Source of the DNA: a virus
IMG/VR virus record: IMGVR_UViG_3300017917_004998
Location: 32,001 to 96,000 of that record
Reading direction: 5' to 3' (one strand)
DNA: 64,000 nt
Shown here: piece after piece, positions 54,956-64,000 of the stretch
Position numbering within the stretch: the stretch's first letter is position 1
Layout of the letters: each line of letters starts with the position of its first letter
Position numbers and translations under genes: made by a program
The notes under the pieces: model-generated
The model's database searches: none
What the model saw: the letters and a program-made list of their open reading frames with translations, nothing else
Told to the model about the DNA's origin: nothing

Positions 54956-56073
54956 TGGAATCTGTTTTTCCTAGCATAAAAAACGAAAAAGCAAAGAGAG
55001 TATGGTTAATAACCGATACCCATTTGGGCGTAAAAAATAGCTCAAATGAATGGATAGAAATCATCGATACCTATTTCAAGGATTTCTTTTTTCCACTGGT
55101 TAAAAAGCACTACAGACCTGGGGATGTTCTTATCCACTTAGGTGATTGGTACGATTCTAGACAGAGCGTCAATCTAAGAGTATTAAATCTAGGTGTTGAG
55201 ATTGCAGAGAAGATGTCGCTCACGTTTCCAGATGGCATTTGGATTCTAATCGGCAACCATGACATATTTGGGAAAAACACAAACGATGTGAATTCGTTAA
55301 AAAGCATCAAATGGATTCCTTCTATTACAATTTGCGAAGAACCTGCCAGCATCCAATTGGGAGAAAAGTCATTCTTTATGATGCCATGGAGAAAAGACTC
55401 AGAGACCGAAGAGTCCTGCTTGGATAGTGCAGAATACCACGACTATCTTTGTTGTCACTCTGATATCAGAGGACTTAAGTTTAACAGGTACGTGAACGTT
55501 GAGCACGGCTCAGATTCAACTAAGTTTAGAAAATTTGGCAGGGTTTATTCCGGACACATTCATTATGCACAAGAGTCTGGAAATATAAAAATGCTTGGCT
55601 CACCTTATGAGCTAACTAGATCTGATATGGACAATCCGAAGGGTATTACTCTTTTGGATTTAGAAACCGGGCAAGAAACGTTCTTTGAAAATGATATTTC
55701 TCCGAAGTTCAAAAGATATCAGTTTGAAGAAATTCTAGAGAAAACCATAGATGATGTCAATTCAGATTTCGAGAACAACTTTGTTGATATCATGATAGAT
55801 CCAAGAATGGCTTTAAAGGCACCACTGAACATTCTAACGGACTCTATAGTAAATCCAAGAAAGATATCTTTCCATCCCTACGATCCTAATCAGGCTTCTT
55901 CGCTAGAGGAAAGAATGAGATCTACCGACGAGAGACAATTCGATGTGCTTGACTTCATCGAGGAATATGTCTCACAGATGGATCATGACAAGGAAACCAG
56001 AGATAGAATACTTTCAACAATCAATAAATTGCATTCAATTGTAATTACACAGGATCAGGACAAAAAGATATGA
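54952..56073 (+). CDS. T4 gp47-like (Mre11/SbcD) nuclease subunit
   Basis: ITDTHLG, LGDWYD, GNHD, SGHIH. Confidence 0.92.
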   Translation: MMESVFPSIKNEKAKRVWLITDTHLGVKNSSNEWIEIIDTYFKDFFFPLVKKHYRPGDVLIHLGDWYDSRQSVNLRVLNLGVEIAEKMSLTFPDGIWILIGNHDIFGKNTNDVNSLKSIKWIPSITICEEPASIQLGEKSFFMMPWRKDSETEESCLDSAEYHDYLCCHSDIRGLKFNRYVNVEHGSDSTKFRKFGRVYSGHIHYAQESGNIKMLGSPYELTRSDMDNPKGITLLDLETGQETFFENDISPKFKRYQFEEILEKTIDDVNSDFENNFVDIMIDPRMALKAPLNILTDSIVNPRKISFHPYDPNQASSLEERMRSTDERQFDVLDFIEEYVSQMDHDKETRDRILSTINKLHSIVITQDQDKKI

Positions 56074-56264
56074 AAATAACAAAAATTGAGTGGAGAAATT
56101 TTTCCTCTTACGGAAACAGAACCCAGGAATTAAATCTGGGTAATGAATCAAGTCTATTTCAGATAAACGGAGAAAATGGTACGGGTAAGTGTCTTTATCC
56201 CGATACAATTCTAAAAGTTAAGGTATCCAAAGAAACTTTAGCCAAAATAAACAACTTACGTTAA
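56070..56264 (+). CDS. gp46 (Rad50/SbcC) N-terminal piece plus 24-aa split-intein N fragment
   Basis: KIEWRNFSSYGN...INGENGTGK then CLYPDTILKV (Cys1 at 56190). Confidence 0.88.
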   Translation: MKITKIEWRNFSSYGNRTQELNLGNESSLFQINGENGTGKCLYPDTILKVKVSKETLAKINNLR

Positions 56265-56312
56265 CCACTTCAGGGAACACCAATATACTTAGAATTTTTT
56301 AAGAACTGACAA

Positions 56313-58232
56313 ATGGAGGAAATTGAAATCACTATTAAGGATCTGCATGATTTTTTAACACTACACCCAGAAGAGAAGGGAAATATTTTAATCGAAGGAA
56401 AGGATGGATGGTGCGAGATTGATGAATCTGCAATCACTGCTCCAGATTCAGTTTTTTACACTATTCGAACTGAGAATGGAAAGGAAGCAAAGTGTTCTCC
56501 TGATCACCAGTTCTATAATGACACCTGGATTAAATGTAAATACCTAAATGTTGGCTATCCAATTCTAACCGATCTTGGATATTCTAAAATAACACATCTG
56601 GAGTTAGAAAAAGAAAAAGCAGACCTTTATGATATTGAAGTGAGAGATTCCCACAATTATTATGGAAATGGAATACTCTCCCACAACTCATCCATCTCGC
56701 ATGCTATTTCGTATGGCCTATATGGAAAGGTTGAAGGAAAAAAACTAAAAGATATACCAAACAGGATCAATGGTAATGCCTGGGTAAGAATAACACTAGA
56801 TCATCTGGGATCTTCCGTTGTAATAGAAAGAGGAATAGATCCGAATCTTTTCAGGCTTTTTATCGATGGCAAGGAGTTTGATCAAGCAGGAAGCAGATCA
56901 CTCCAGGATTATCTTACTGATGATATTCTCGGTATTCCATATTACGTGTTCAACAACACGATATCTCTTTCCATCAACGACTTCAAGAGCTTTATTAAAA
57001 TGACACCTCAGGATAAAAGAGGAATCATAGATAAAATATTCGGATTCCACATCCTGAATCAGATGAGGGAGATCCTTAAATCCGAGACCAAGAAGATAAA
57101 GGAATCACTTGATACACTTTCAGGGAAACTTATTTCACTAGACAGCTCAATCAAGAGCTCTTCAGCCGAAATGGAATCCCTAATTAATGAAATAGAGGAG
57201 GAATCTGTAGCCCTAATCGAAGATCTTACATCTAAGATTACAACATTCGAAAATCTACAAACACTCCACAATCAGAAGATGTCTGAATTCAGAATCGGAG
57301 AAAGTGAGCTAAATCAGAAAACCAGAAACACCAATTCTCTTTTGATAAATGCGCAGTCCAAATTGAGAGATCTGGAGAGAAAGCTAAAACTTTATGATCA
57401 GAACATTTGTCCGACTTGTGAGGGATCCCTGGAAACCGATTTTCACGCCAATATGAAATCGTCTATGTTATCTGAAAAAAAATCTATTGATGACAACATA
57501 GCAGAGATAGAGAAAACGCTAGGAGAACTTAGAATTCTCGAATTAAATTGCGTTACAACCAGAAACGAACTTGTTGAAAAGGGAATGAAAATAAAGAATA
57601 AGCTTGATTCAATCCATCAAGAATTAAAGCTTCTAAAATCTAAAAAGGGAGACAAACAGGCACAGTCTTTACAAAGAATCATAGATTCTCTTACTTCAGA
57701 TCAGGAAAATACAATCTCGATCAAATTCAAAGAGGAAGAAAAACACAATTGGCTTAAAACTATCGACGAAATACTTGGCGAGAAGGGTGTTAAACAGATG
57801 GCGATTAGAACCATTCTACCTTCTCTAAATTCAGAAATTCTAGAGCTTCTGAGAAAGATGAATCTAAGCTACCAGGTAGTTTTTGACGAGGAATTTAATG
57901 CCATGATATATCAGATGGGAATTGAGGTTCCGTCGCAGACATTAAGCACTGGTGAAATGAAAAAAATAGATTTCGTTGTTCTGGTTGCGATTATGAAGCT
58001 TATGAAGCTTAAATTTAGCTCGATAAATCTTCTTTTCCTCGATGAGCTTTTCAGCTCTGTTGATCCAGAAGGTGTTCATTCGATCCTTGGGATTCTCAAA
58101 AATTCCTGCTCTGAACTTGGACTAAATATATTCGTCATTAATCACGCACCTATGCCACATGAGATATTTGATTGGAAAATAGATGTTCAGAAAAAGAACA
58201 ACTTCTCGTCTTTTACACTCGAGAAAATTTAA
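56313..58232 (+). CDS. 125-aa intein C fragment plus gp46 remainder
   Basis: CSPDH, LYDIEV, GILSHN|SSI; CPTC zinc hook; LSTGE signature; FLDELFSSVD. Confidence 0.9.
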   Translation: MEEIEITIKDLHDFLTLHPEEKGNILIEGKDGWCEIDESAITAPDSVFYTIRTENGKEAKCSPDHQFYNDTWIKCKYLNVGYPILTDLGYSKITHLELEKEKADLYDIEVRDSHNYYGNGILSHNSSISHAISYGLYGKVEGKKLKDIPNRINGNAWVRITLDHLGSSVVIERGIDPNLFRLFIDGKEFDQAGSRSLQDYLTDDILGIPYYVFNNTISLSINDFKSFIKMTPQDKRGIIDKIFGFHILNQMREILKSETKKIKESLDTLSGKLISLDSSIKSSSAEMESLINEIEEESVALIEDLTSKITTFENLQTLHNQKMSEFRIGESELNQKTRNTNSLLINAQSKLRDLERKLKLYDQNICPTCEGSLETDFHANMKSSMLSEKKSIDDNIAEIEKTLGELRILELNCVTTRNELVEKGMKIKNKLDSIHQELKLLKSKKGDKQAQSLQRIIDSLTSDQENTISIKFKEEEKHNWLKTIDEILGEKGVKQMAIRTILPSLNSEILELLRKMNLSYQVVFDEEFNAMIYQMGIEVPSQTLSTGEMKKIDFVVLVAIMKLMKLKFSSINLLFLDELFSSVDPEGVHSILGILKNSCSELGLNIFVINHAPMPHEIFDWKIDVQKKNNFSSFTLEKI

Positions 58233-58284
58233 CCATCATAAGCGAACAGCTACTCTGGATATATAAAAGAAATATCCAGAGGGT

Positions 58285-59163
58285 TTGAAACCGTTACCAA
58301 AGCTTAGTAGACAGAAGAACTTGCAGATCAATAGGGTAAACCTTAATGATAAGGGTTTGCCTGGAGTTGCTTCAACCTTGATAGTTCCAGAAACACAAGG
58401 ACTGGGTTTACTTGGAATCGGCAAGCTTGCTCCTCTGCCGGTTAAGGTTCCTGGCTATGATCCAGTTGTAAACGATAAAAACAAACCTGTAATTTCAACC
58501 AGAACTATATTAACTTATTCTTATCTGTTTGTACAGTATGAAAATACATACATACCTGCAGGTGACGAAAAATTGTACTCTTTTGCAGTAATACTTCCTT
58601 TGCAGCCGATGACGGTCAACGAATGTGCATCACAGCTTGGGGTTTTAGCAAAAAACGTCACAGGACTGACATTAGATCAATATCAAACTGGAACCTTTCA
58701 GCATCCTGTTTACACTAATCAAAACAACACACCTTTGGTTTTAAGGTATTCTGAACTTCCTGTTGTTCCGCAAACAACACCAGGTAGACTCGATAACGTT
58801 CCTCTTGGCTATCCGAATTTCATCTATCAGAAATCTCCAATCACCACCCAACAAGGACCTATACCTTCCCCACCACTCCCTGATTTTATTACGAGCAGAG
58901 GAAATACTGGAGCGACAGCAATCAATGTTGGCGGAACAGTAGGATTTATCGATGCATCGGTAAGGAATCCGTATTCATGGAGACCCACTGCTTGGTCTTG
59001 GGATTTTGGTGGAACAGGAGCCAGTGCAGGTGCAACCGGATTAACTGCAGAAAATCCAATAGTTCTTTTCTTGTCTACTGGAACGTACACAGTTACTCTA
59101 ACAGCAAGTAACGCATACGGTTCTGCAAGCATCACAAAAAATAGCTTTGTTACTGTCACATAA
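58285..59163 (+). CDS. virion protein with C-terminal PKD domain
   Basis: F.DAS....TAWSWDFG...NP.......GTYTVTLTASN..G; GATATATA at 58258-58265; TTG start. Confidence 0.75.
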   Translation: MKPLPKLSRQKNLQINRVNLNDKGLPGVASTLIVPETQGLGLLGIGKLAPLPVKVPGYDPVVNDKNKPVISTRTILTYSYLFVQYENTYIPAGDEKLYSFAVILPLQPMTVNECASQLGVLAKNVTGLTLDQYQTGTFQHPVYTNQNNTPLVLRYSELPVVPQTTPGRLDNVPLGYPNFIYQKSPITTQQGPIPSPPLPDFITSRGNTGATAINVGGTVGFIDASVRNPYSWRPTAWSWDFGGTGASAGATGLTAENPIVLFLSTGTYTVTLTASNAYGSASITKNSFVTVT

Positions 59164-59166
59164 TTT

Positions 59167-59913
59167 ATGGCACAATTCTTAGAAAAATATAATATTGACG
59201 AGGTCTTCCTAAGGAATGTCATTGTCGGAATGCTGAAAACATTAAACGACAAACTAACCTACACACAGATCAACGAACAGCAGGAAGTCCTTGAAGTTTT
59301 TGTACCATTTTTCTATTCTATGTCTGGCGATGAGAGTTTTCTACAGGATTTCTATATGGACTATATAGACTGTGATGGACAATCGCCTTTTGCAGAGGGA
59401 AACTATGACGTTGTACCAAGAGGAATTCTAAACCTAAATGGCGTAAATATAGAAACGAATGCCATAACGAATGGCTTTGTTAGAGCAACGTACAACACTG
59501 AGGATCTTCAGGGCCAAATGAAAGCCCTTTCTGCATATACAAATTTTATTCCTCTTTCTCTAAGCTTTGATATTACTATTAGGACAGATACACTCTTAGA
59601 CACGTTCAAGATATTCCAATCATCAATTCAATCTTTTTATAAGGTCTACTCCTTCTCTGTTGAATTTGGTGGTATGAGAATCCCTGTTCAAGTTGGATTT
59701 CCTGAGCAATATCCAAACGATAAACAAATAGAATTTTCTTATGGCTCAACCCAGAAATGGATTGAAACTAAGTTTTCTATTACCGTTGAAACATACTTCC
59801 CTCAGAAAAATCTAAACACAGAAAGATTCAGAGGCAATCTCATGCAAGCTGGCATTAGATTACAGATCAACATTGACGATCCTATTCCGAGAAACGACAG
59901 CTCTTTATTCTAA
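59167..59913 (+). CDS. probable tail completion / sheath stabilizer (T4 gp15-like)
   Basis: Size, VPFFY, P..LSFD...R, TKFS...ETYFP pattern and structural context; weak. Confidence 0.5.
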   Translation: MAQFLEKYNIDEVFLRNVIVGMLKTLNDKLTYTQINEQQEVLEVFVPFFYSMSGDESFLQDFYMDYIDCDGQSPFAEGNYDVVPRGILNLNGVNIETNAITNGFVRATYNTEDLQGQMKALSAYTNFIPLSLSFDITIRTDTLLDTFKIFQSSIQSFYKVYSFSVEFGGMRIPVQVGFPEQYPNDKQIEFSYGSTQKWIETKFSITVETYFPQKNLNTERFRGNLMQAGIRLQINIDDPIPRNDSSLF

Positions 59914-59989
59914 TCCTGCAATTGGCTTACAAGCAGATTTTGGTTTTCGGCTATCGATATATAGTTGAAAGAAATCCTGATTTTTTGCT

Positions 59990-60304
59990 ATGCCTAACAA
60001 TTATCCAAATAGTCCTATTATAGATCCCGGATTAAGCGTTAGAATTATCGACGGATCAACAAGCCAGACCTTAGATCAGCTCTATTTCATCGGAACTGCT
60101 AACAATTACGTTACTAAAACTAGCAAGACTGAAATACAGAACTATTCAACATTTGGCAATTTCTGGCTGAAAGAAGCAAACTACATAGATTCTTTCAGAG
60201 ACATCCTAGACGGTGGTGATTCTGAGAACACTACAGCCCAATTTACCGGACCGATAATAGGTGGTGAATTCCCAACAAAAACATCACTGTTAAATCAGAT
60301 TTAA
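59990..60304 (+). CDS. probable structural protein
   Basis: GATATATA at 59956-59963; DGG motif; precedes fibre-like genes. Confidence 0.55.
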   Translation: MPNNYPNSPIIDPGLSVRIIDGSTSQTLDQLYFIGTANNYVTKTSKTEIQNYSTFGNFWLKEANYIDSFRDILDGGDSENTTAQFTGPIIGGEFPTKTSLLNQI

Positions 60305-60307
60305 GAT

Positions 60308-60490
60308 ATGGCTTTTAGAATACAAATAAGAAGAGACACCACAATAAATTGGGCAGCAGTTAACCCAATTCTGCTGGAAGGAGAAATGGGACTAGATACC
60401 ACACTAAACTGCCTGAAGATAGGCGACGGAGTTACCTCATGGAATAGTCTACCTTATTTCATGTGTCAAGGAGCAACCGGACCGGCATAA
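60308..60490 (+). CDS. stand-alone Mtd-N/hyaluronidase-N-like domain
   Basis: RIQIRRDT..NW...NP.LL.GE.G...T....KIGDG...WN.L.Y then GATGP. Confidence 0.75.
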   Translation: MAFRIQIRRDTTINWAAVNPILLEGEMGLDTTLNCLKIGDGVTSWNSLPYFMCQGATGPA

Positions 60491-60514
60491 ATACAAAAAG
60501 AATCAAAAGAGAAA

Positions 60515-61237
60515 ATGGCTTTTAGAATACAAATAAGAAGAGATTCAGCATTAAACTGGCAAATCAACAACCCAGTACTTTTGCAAGCAGAAATGGGATA
60601 CGTTACTGATACCAATCAAGCAAAGTTTGGTGATGGTATGAGCCCATGGAATGATCTTGATTACTTCACACCAGAGGGAAATCCTGGACCAACCGGAGCA
60701 ACAGGACCCAGCCTAGCAGTACTTGATAATGGCGTACAGATAGTAACCGGTGCAACAGGTATAGATTTTTCGGGTCCTGGATTTACCGTAACAAATGTCG
60801 GATCAAAAGCAACAGTTACATTGGATGGAAATGTACCAACTACTGCAACACCTACATATGTACTAAAAGTAAAATATTCATCAGGTATTATAGATTCATC
60901 TGAACCCTTTCCTGCAGCACAAGGTCCTACTGGTGCAAGTCTAATCGGAGCATCAGGATGGACATTTACTAGAAATTCAACATCTGAATTAACGATTAAC
61001 CATCCTTTAAATAATTTTGCTGTTAATTTAATGACACATGCTGAGACTAGCTCAGGTACTTATATCTCCAGATCTATAAGCGGGGTTACAGCAGGAAATT
61101 ATATAAATCAACTATCGTCTCTCGGTACTATAAATATAAAAGGATTAGATGGAACAAATACAGGTATAAATACGAACAGTGGGCCATTTTACATGTTCTT
61201 AACATGGCAATTTCCAACAGCTAGTATATTTATATAA
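60515..61237 (+). CDS. tail-fibre-like protein: Mtd-N domain, short collagen repeat, C-terminal head
   Basis: Same N-domain; GNPGPTGATGPS. Confidence 0.75.
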   Translation: MAFRIQIRRDSALNWQINNPVLLQAEMGYVTDTNQAKFGDGMSPWNDLDYFTPEGNPGPTGATGPSLAVLDNGVQIVTGATGIDFSGPGFTVTNVGSKATVTLDGNVPTTATPTYVLKVKYSSGIIDSSEPFPAAQGPTGASLIGASGWTFTRNSTSELTINHPLNNFAVNLMTHAETSSGTYISRSISGVTAGNYINQLSSLGTINIKGLDGTNTGINTNSGPFYMFLTWQFPTASIFI

Positions 61238-61408
61238 TTTTTTTGCTCACTTTAAAATAGATTTCTTGAATTTCTTAAATTATAGTTAAATTTAAAATTA
61301 AGATTTTCGCATTTAGTTAACATATTGTTTTATCTTTTCGTGTGGAACAATCCATAGTGATTTGTTCTAAAAAGAACTAGCCTAATAGTTTTTTAGAACA
61401 TCCATTAT

Positions 61409-62065
61409 ATGCGCAAAGTTTTAATTGGAACACCTTCGTATGACGGAAAGATAGATGTCTGGTTTGCAAACTCTTTGGTTTCAACCGTCAAAGAGTCCAT
61501 AGAAAAAGATATCCACGTTCATGCTATATACACAAGTTATGACTCTCTAGTACAGAGAGCAAGGAATTCCCTTGTGAAACTAGCTCTTGATGGTGGATAT
61601 GACGATCTGTTTTTCATAGATGCAGACGTTGAATGGGAAACCGAATGGTTCTTCAATCTTTTGGAAAGACCCGAACCGGTAGTAGGTGGTGCTCTAGTTA
61701 AGAAAACAGATAAGGAAGGTTACACAGTAAAACTTGTAGACAAGGATCTTAAATGGTCAAACGATGGAAAAATCTTAGAAGTCGACGGTGTCGGAACTGG
61801 ATTTCTAAAAATCTCTCGTTTTGCACTTGAAAAACTCTGGGAGATGTCAGAAGAGTACGAGAGCGAGAAAGAAAAGCATCGAATGGTTTTCGACATTAAG
61901 GTTGAGAATGGTGATCTAATTAGTGAAGACTATATAATGTGCAACAAGTGGAAGAGTCTAGGATATAAAGTATGGCTAGATCCAACTATTACCTGCAATC
62001 ACGTTGGTATAAAAAAATTCAAAGGAAATTTCTCACAATACATTAAACAAAATGGATACATTTGA
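61409..62065 (+). CDS. GT-A fold glycosyltransferase-like protein
   Basis: RARN, LFFIDAD, GTGFL.I, SED...C. Confidence 0.75.
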   Translation: MRKVLIGTPSYDGKIDVWFANSLVSTVKESIEKDIHVHAIYTSYDSLVQRARNSLVKLALDGGYDDLFFIDADVEWETEWFFNLLERPEPVVGGALVKKTDKEGYTVKLVDKDLKWSNDGKILEVDGVGTGFLKISRFALEKLWEMSEEYESEKEKHRMVFDIKVENGDLISEDYIMCNKWKSLGYKVWLDPTITCNHVGIKKFKGNFSQYIKQNGYI

Positions 62066-62990
62066 TAGACCCCTCGGAGGTACCGAACTGATGTTCGATG
62101 AGCTCCAATCCAGATTAACTGAAGAACATAAAGAAACGTTCAGCATCTTCAATTACCTGCCTGATGCTGACTTCAGTAAATTTACAATATTTTGGAATCA
62201 GCTTTCTTATGACCAAGAGGCAGTATCTTTTTTGAAAGATCCTGAGATGGTAGAGAAGATCGGACATTTCGTTTTCGTTAGCCATTGGCAAGCGGAAAAG
62301 TTCAGACAGATCTTTAGTATACCTGGTTACAAAACAAGCGTAATCAAAAATGCTGCTCTACCAACAGTAAGAAGACAGACTGGAAAAAGAGAAGTTGTGA
62401 AGCTTTGCTATACCTCAACACCTTGGAGAGGATTAAATGTGTTGCTTGCAGCTTGGGAAACACTACAGCCAAAAGATGCTGAATTACATGTTTTCTCTTC
62501 TTGCAACATTTACGGTCCAGAGTTTGCAAAAAATGACGAAAGCTATCAAGAACTTTACGATAAATGCAACGAGCTGGAAGGTGTAGTATACAGAGGAAGC
62601 GTTAGCAATTTCAATCTTAGAAAAGAATTGCCAGCATTCGATATTTTAGCTTATCCAAGCACATTCGAAGAAACCTCGTGCATATCTGTAATCGAAGCAT
62701 TATCATGTGGTCTTAAAGTAGTTACCAGCAATATTGGTGCTTTGCCTGAAACAACAGAGGGCTGGGCACGAATGTACCCGATCCTGAATTCTCCCGAATT
62801 GCACGCAATGAGGTTCGCAAACATCTTGAACGACGAGATCCAAAAAATCAGAAACAACGAAGAGGAACAACATCTAACATCACAGACGAAAATCTATAAC
62901 CAACGTTGGACCTGGGATTTTAGAATTAAAGAATGGAACGAATTACTGGATGAATTATCAGCAGCTGTTCTTGCAAGTCAACCCCAATAA
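62052..62990 (+). CDS. GT4-like glycosyltransferase
   Basis: GGTE, YTSTPWRGL, YPSTFEETSCISVIEA...G. Confidence 0.85.
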   Translation: MDTFDRPLGGTELMFDELQSRLTEEHKETFSIFNYLPDADFSKFTIFWNQLSYDQEAVSFLKDPEMVEKIGHFVFVSHWQAEKFRQIFSIPGYKTSVIKNAALPTVRRQTGKREVVKLCYTSTPWRGLNVLLAAWETLQPKDAELHVFSSCNIYGPEFAKNDESYQELYDKCNELEGVVYRGSVSNFNLRKELPAFDILAYPSTFEETSCISVIEALSCGLKVVTSNIGALPETTEGWARMYPILNSPELHAMRFANILNDEIQKIRNNEEEQHLTSQTKIYNQRWTWDFRIKEWNELLDELSAAVLASQPQ

Positions 62991-63564
62991 CTTTTTAGAC
63001 ATTGGAGCTCACGTTGGTGATTTCACTCTAAATGTCAAAAAAGCATTTCCTCAATGCCAAACCGTAATGGTTGAGGCAAACCCTTTCTGTGAAGAGCACC
63101 TGCAAAAGCTTGGGTTACCGTATGAAATGATTGCACTATCTAGTTTTGCCGGCAGTTCGGAATTGTTTATCGAAACGAGAAATAGAATAGGCAGCGGAGC
63201 TTCGATTTTTAAAGAGAATACCGAATGGTACTCTGAAAATAATTTCGAAAAAGTCTCAGTGTCAACGGATACTCTAGACAATAGAAACTATTTCGCAGAT
63301 CAGATGATAGATCTTGTCAAAATTGATGTTCAGGGTTCTGAACTTGAGATATTGAATGGAGGGAGAAAAACAATAAGACGATCTAAATTTGTTCTACTTG
63401 AGGTATCAACTTTACAGTACAATCTGAATGCCCCTCTCATGGATAAGATAGTAGAAAAGATGAAGGAATACGAATTTAAGATCGACGAAATTCTTGACTA
63501 CAACAGATTGAGCAACGGCCAAATTTTCCAAATGGACATACTTTTTAAAAATACCTACGCATAA
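62950..63564 (+). CDS. FkbM-family methyltransferase
   Basis: LDIGAHVG, VEANP, VKIDVQGSEL. Confidence 0.88.
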   Translation: MNYQQLFLQVNPNNFLDIGAHVGDFTLNVKKAFPQCQTVMVEANPFCEEHLQKLGLPYEMIALSSFAGSSELFIETRNRIGSGASIFKENTEWYSENNFEKVSVSTDTLDNRNYFADQMIDLVKIDVQGSELEILNGGRKTIRRSKFVLLEVSTLQYNLNAPLMDKIVEKMKEYEFKIDEILDYNRLSNGQIFQMDILFKNTYA

Positions 63565-64000
63565 TGATAAAAAAAATATTCTACAATAGCTCGATGCCAA
63601 GGTCTGGATCGACGCTAATGCAAAACATATTGGGACAAAACCCTGATATGTTTACCACTCCGACTTCGGGACTGTTCGAGATGTTAGCAGCATCAAGAAC
63701 CATCTTTACCGACGGTTTAGAATTTAAAGCACAGGACGAACAGCAAATGCTTGCTGGATTTAAAGGATACCTAAAATCAGGACTTTATGGATTCTACAGC
63801 AACATTACGGATAAACCATACGTTGTTGATAAGTGTAGAGGATGGAATTCCGAATGGGAATTTGTAAATGCTTTCGATCCAAATCCAAAGATGATCTGTA
63901 TGATCAGAGACATTAGAGCAGTCTACGCATCTCTTGAGAAGAAATTCAGAAAGAATCCACTGTTAGACCACCACTTGGCAAACTGGGGTAATTTATCTGG
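63564..64000 (+). CDS. sulfotransferase (partial, runs off window)
   Basis: MIKKIFYNSSMPRSGSTLMQNIL (PAPS-binding PRSGST); later IRDIRAVYAS. Confidence 0.8.
   Translation, partial: MIKKIFYNSSMPRSGSTLMQNILGQNPDMFTTPTSGLFEMLAASRTIFTDGLEFKAQDEQQMLAGFKGYLKSGLYGFYSNITDKPYVVDKCRGWNSEWEFVNAFDPNPKMICMIRDIRAVYASLEKKFRKNPLLDHHLANWGNLS

Noticed and set aside
50915-56312. Homing endonuclease or group I intron between split-gene pieces
   Set aside because: Gaps are only 38, 73 and 48 nt, too short for either.
1-64000. Stop-codon reassignment as in some large phages
   Set aside because: Long conserved genes are intact in code 11; TAA, TAG and TGA all end genes; breaks fall specifically inside inteins.

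Overview
A 64 kb segment of a large T4-like (myovirus/jumbo) phage, standard genetic code, probably infecting Bacteroidota. The host call rests on recurring T-run/N16-19/TAnnTTTG promoters, A-rich leaders without Shine-Dalgarno sites, and a Bacteroidota-type bS21. From left to right: (1) an array of tRNA-shaped elements with identical acceptor and T arms but unrelated middle arms, alternating with small ORFs; (2) early genes around a GC-rich non-coding element with iteron-like repeats, possibly an origin; (3) many hypothetical proteins carrying a T4-like capsid-targeting N-terminus and/or a shared DLxx[LI]GF peptide, usually behind a GATATATA motif; (4) tRNA-Leu(UAA), two LRR-like proteins, an AAA+/metallopeptidase/VWA trio, a lytic transglycosylase, an Fe-S flavoprotein, a rhomboid, ClpC and bS21; (5) a ~12.6 kb glycan-synthesis island; (6) a replication/recombination operon in which UvsX is encoded in three pieces joined by two split inteins, and gp46 in two pieces joined by an atypical split intein, with gp41 helicase and gp47; (7) tail/PKD/Mtd-N genes and a second glycosylation cluster running off the right end. 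All calls come from motif recognition by eye; no searches were run.
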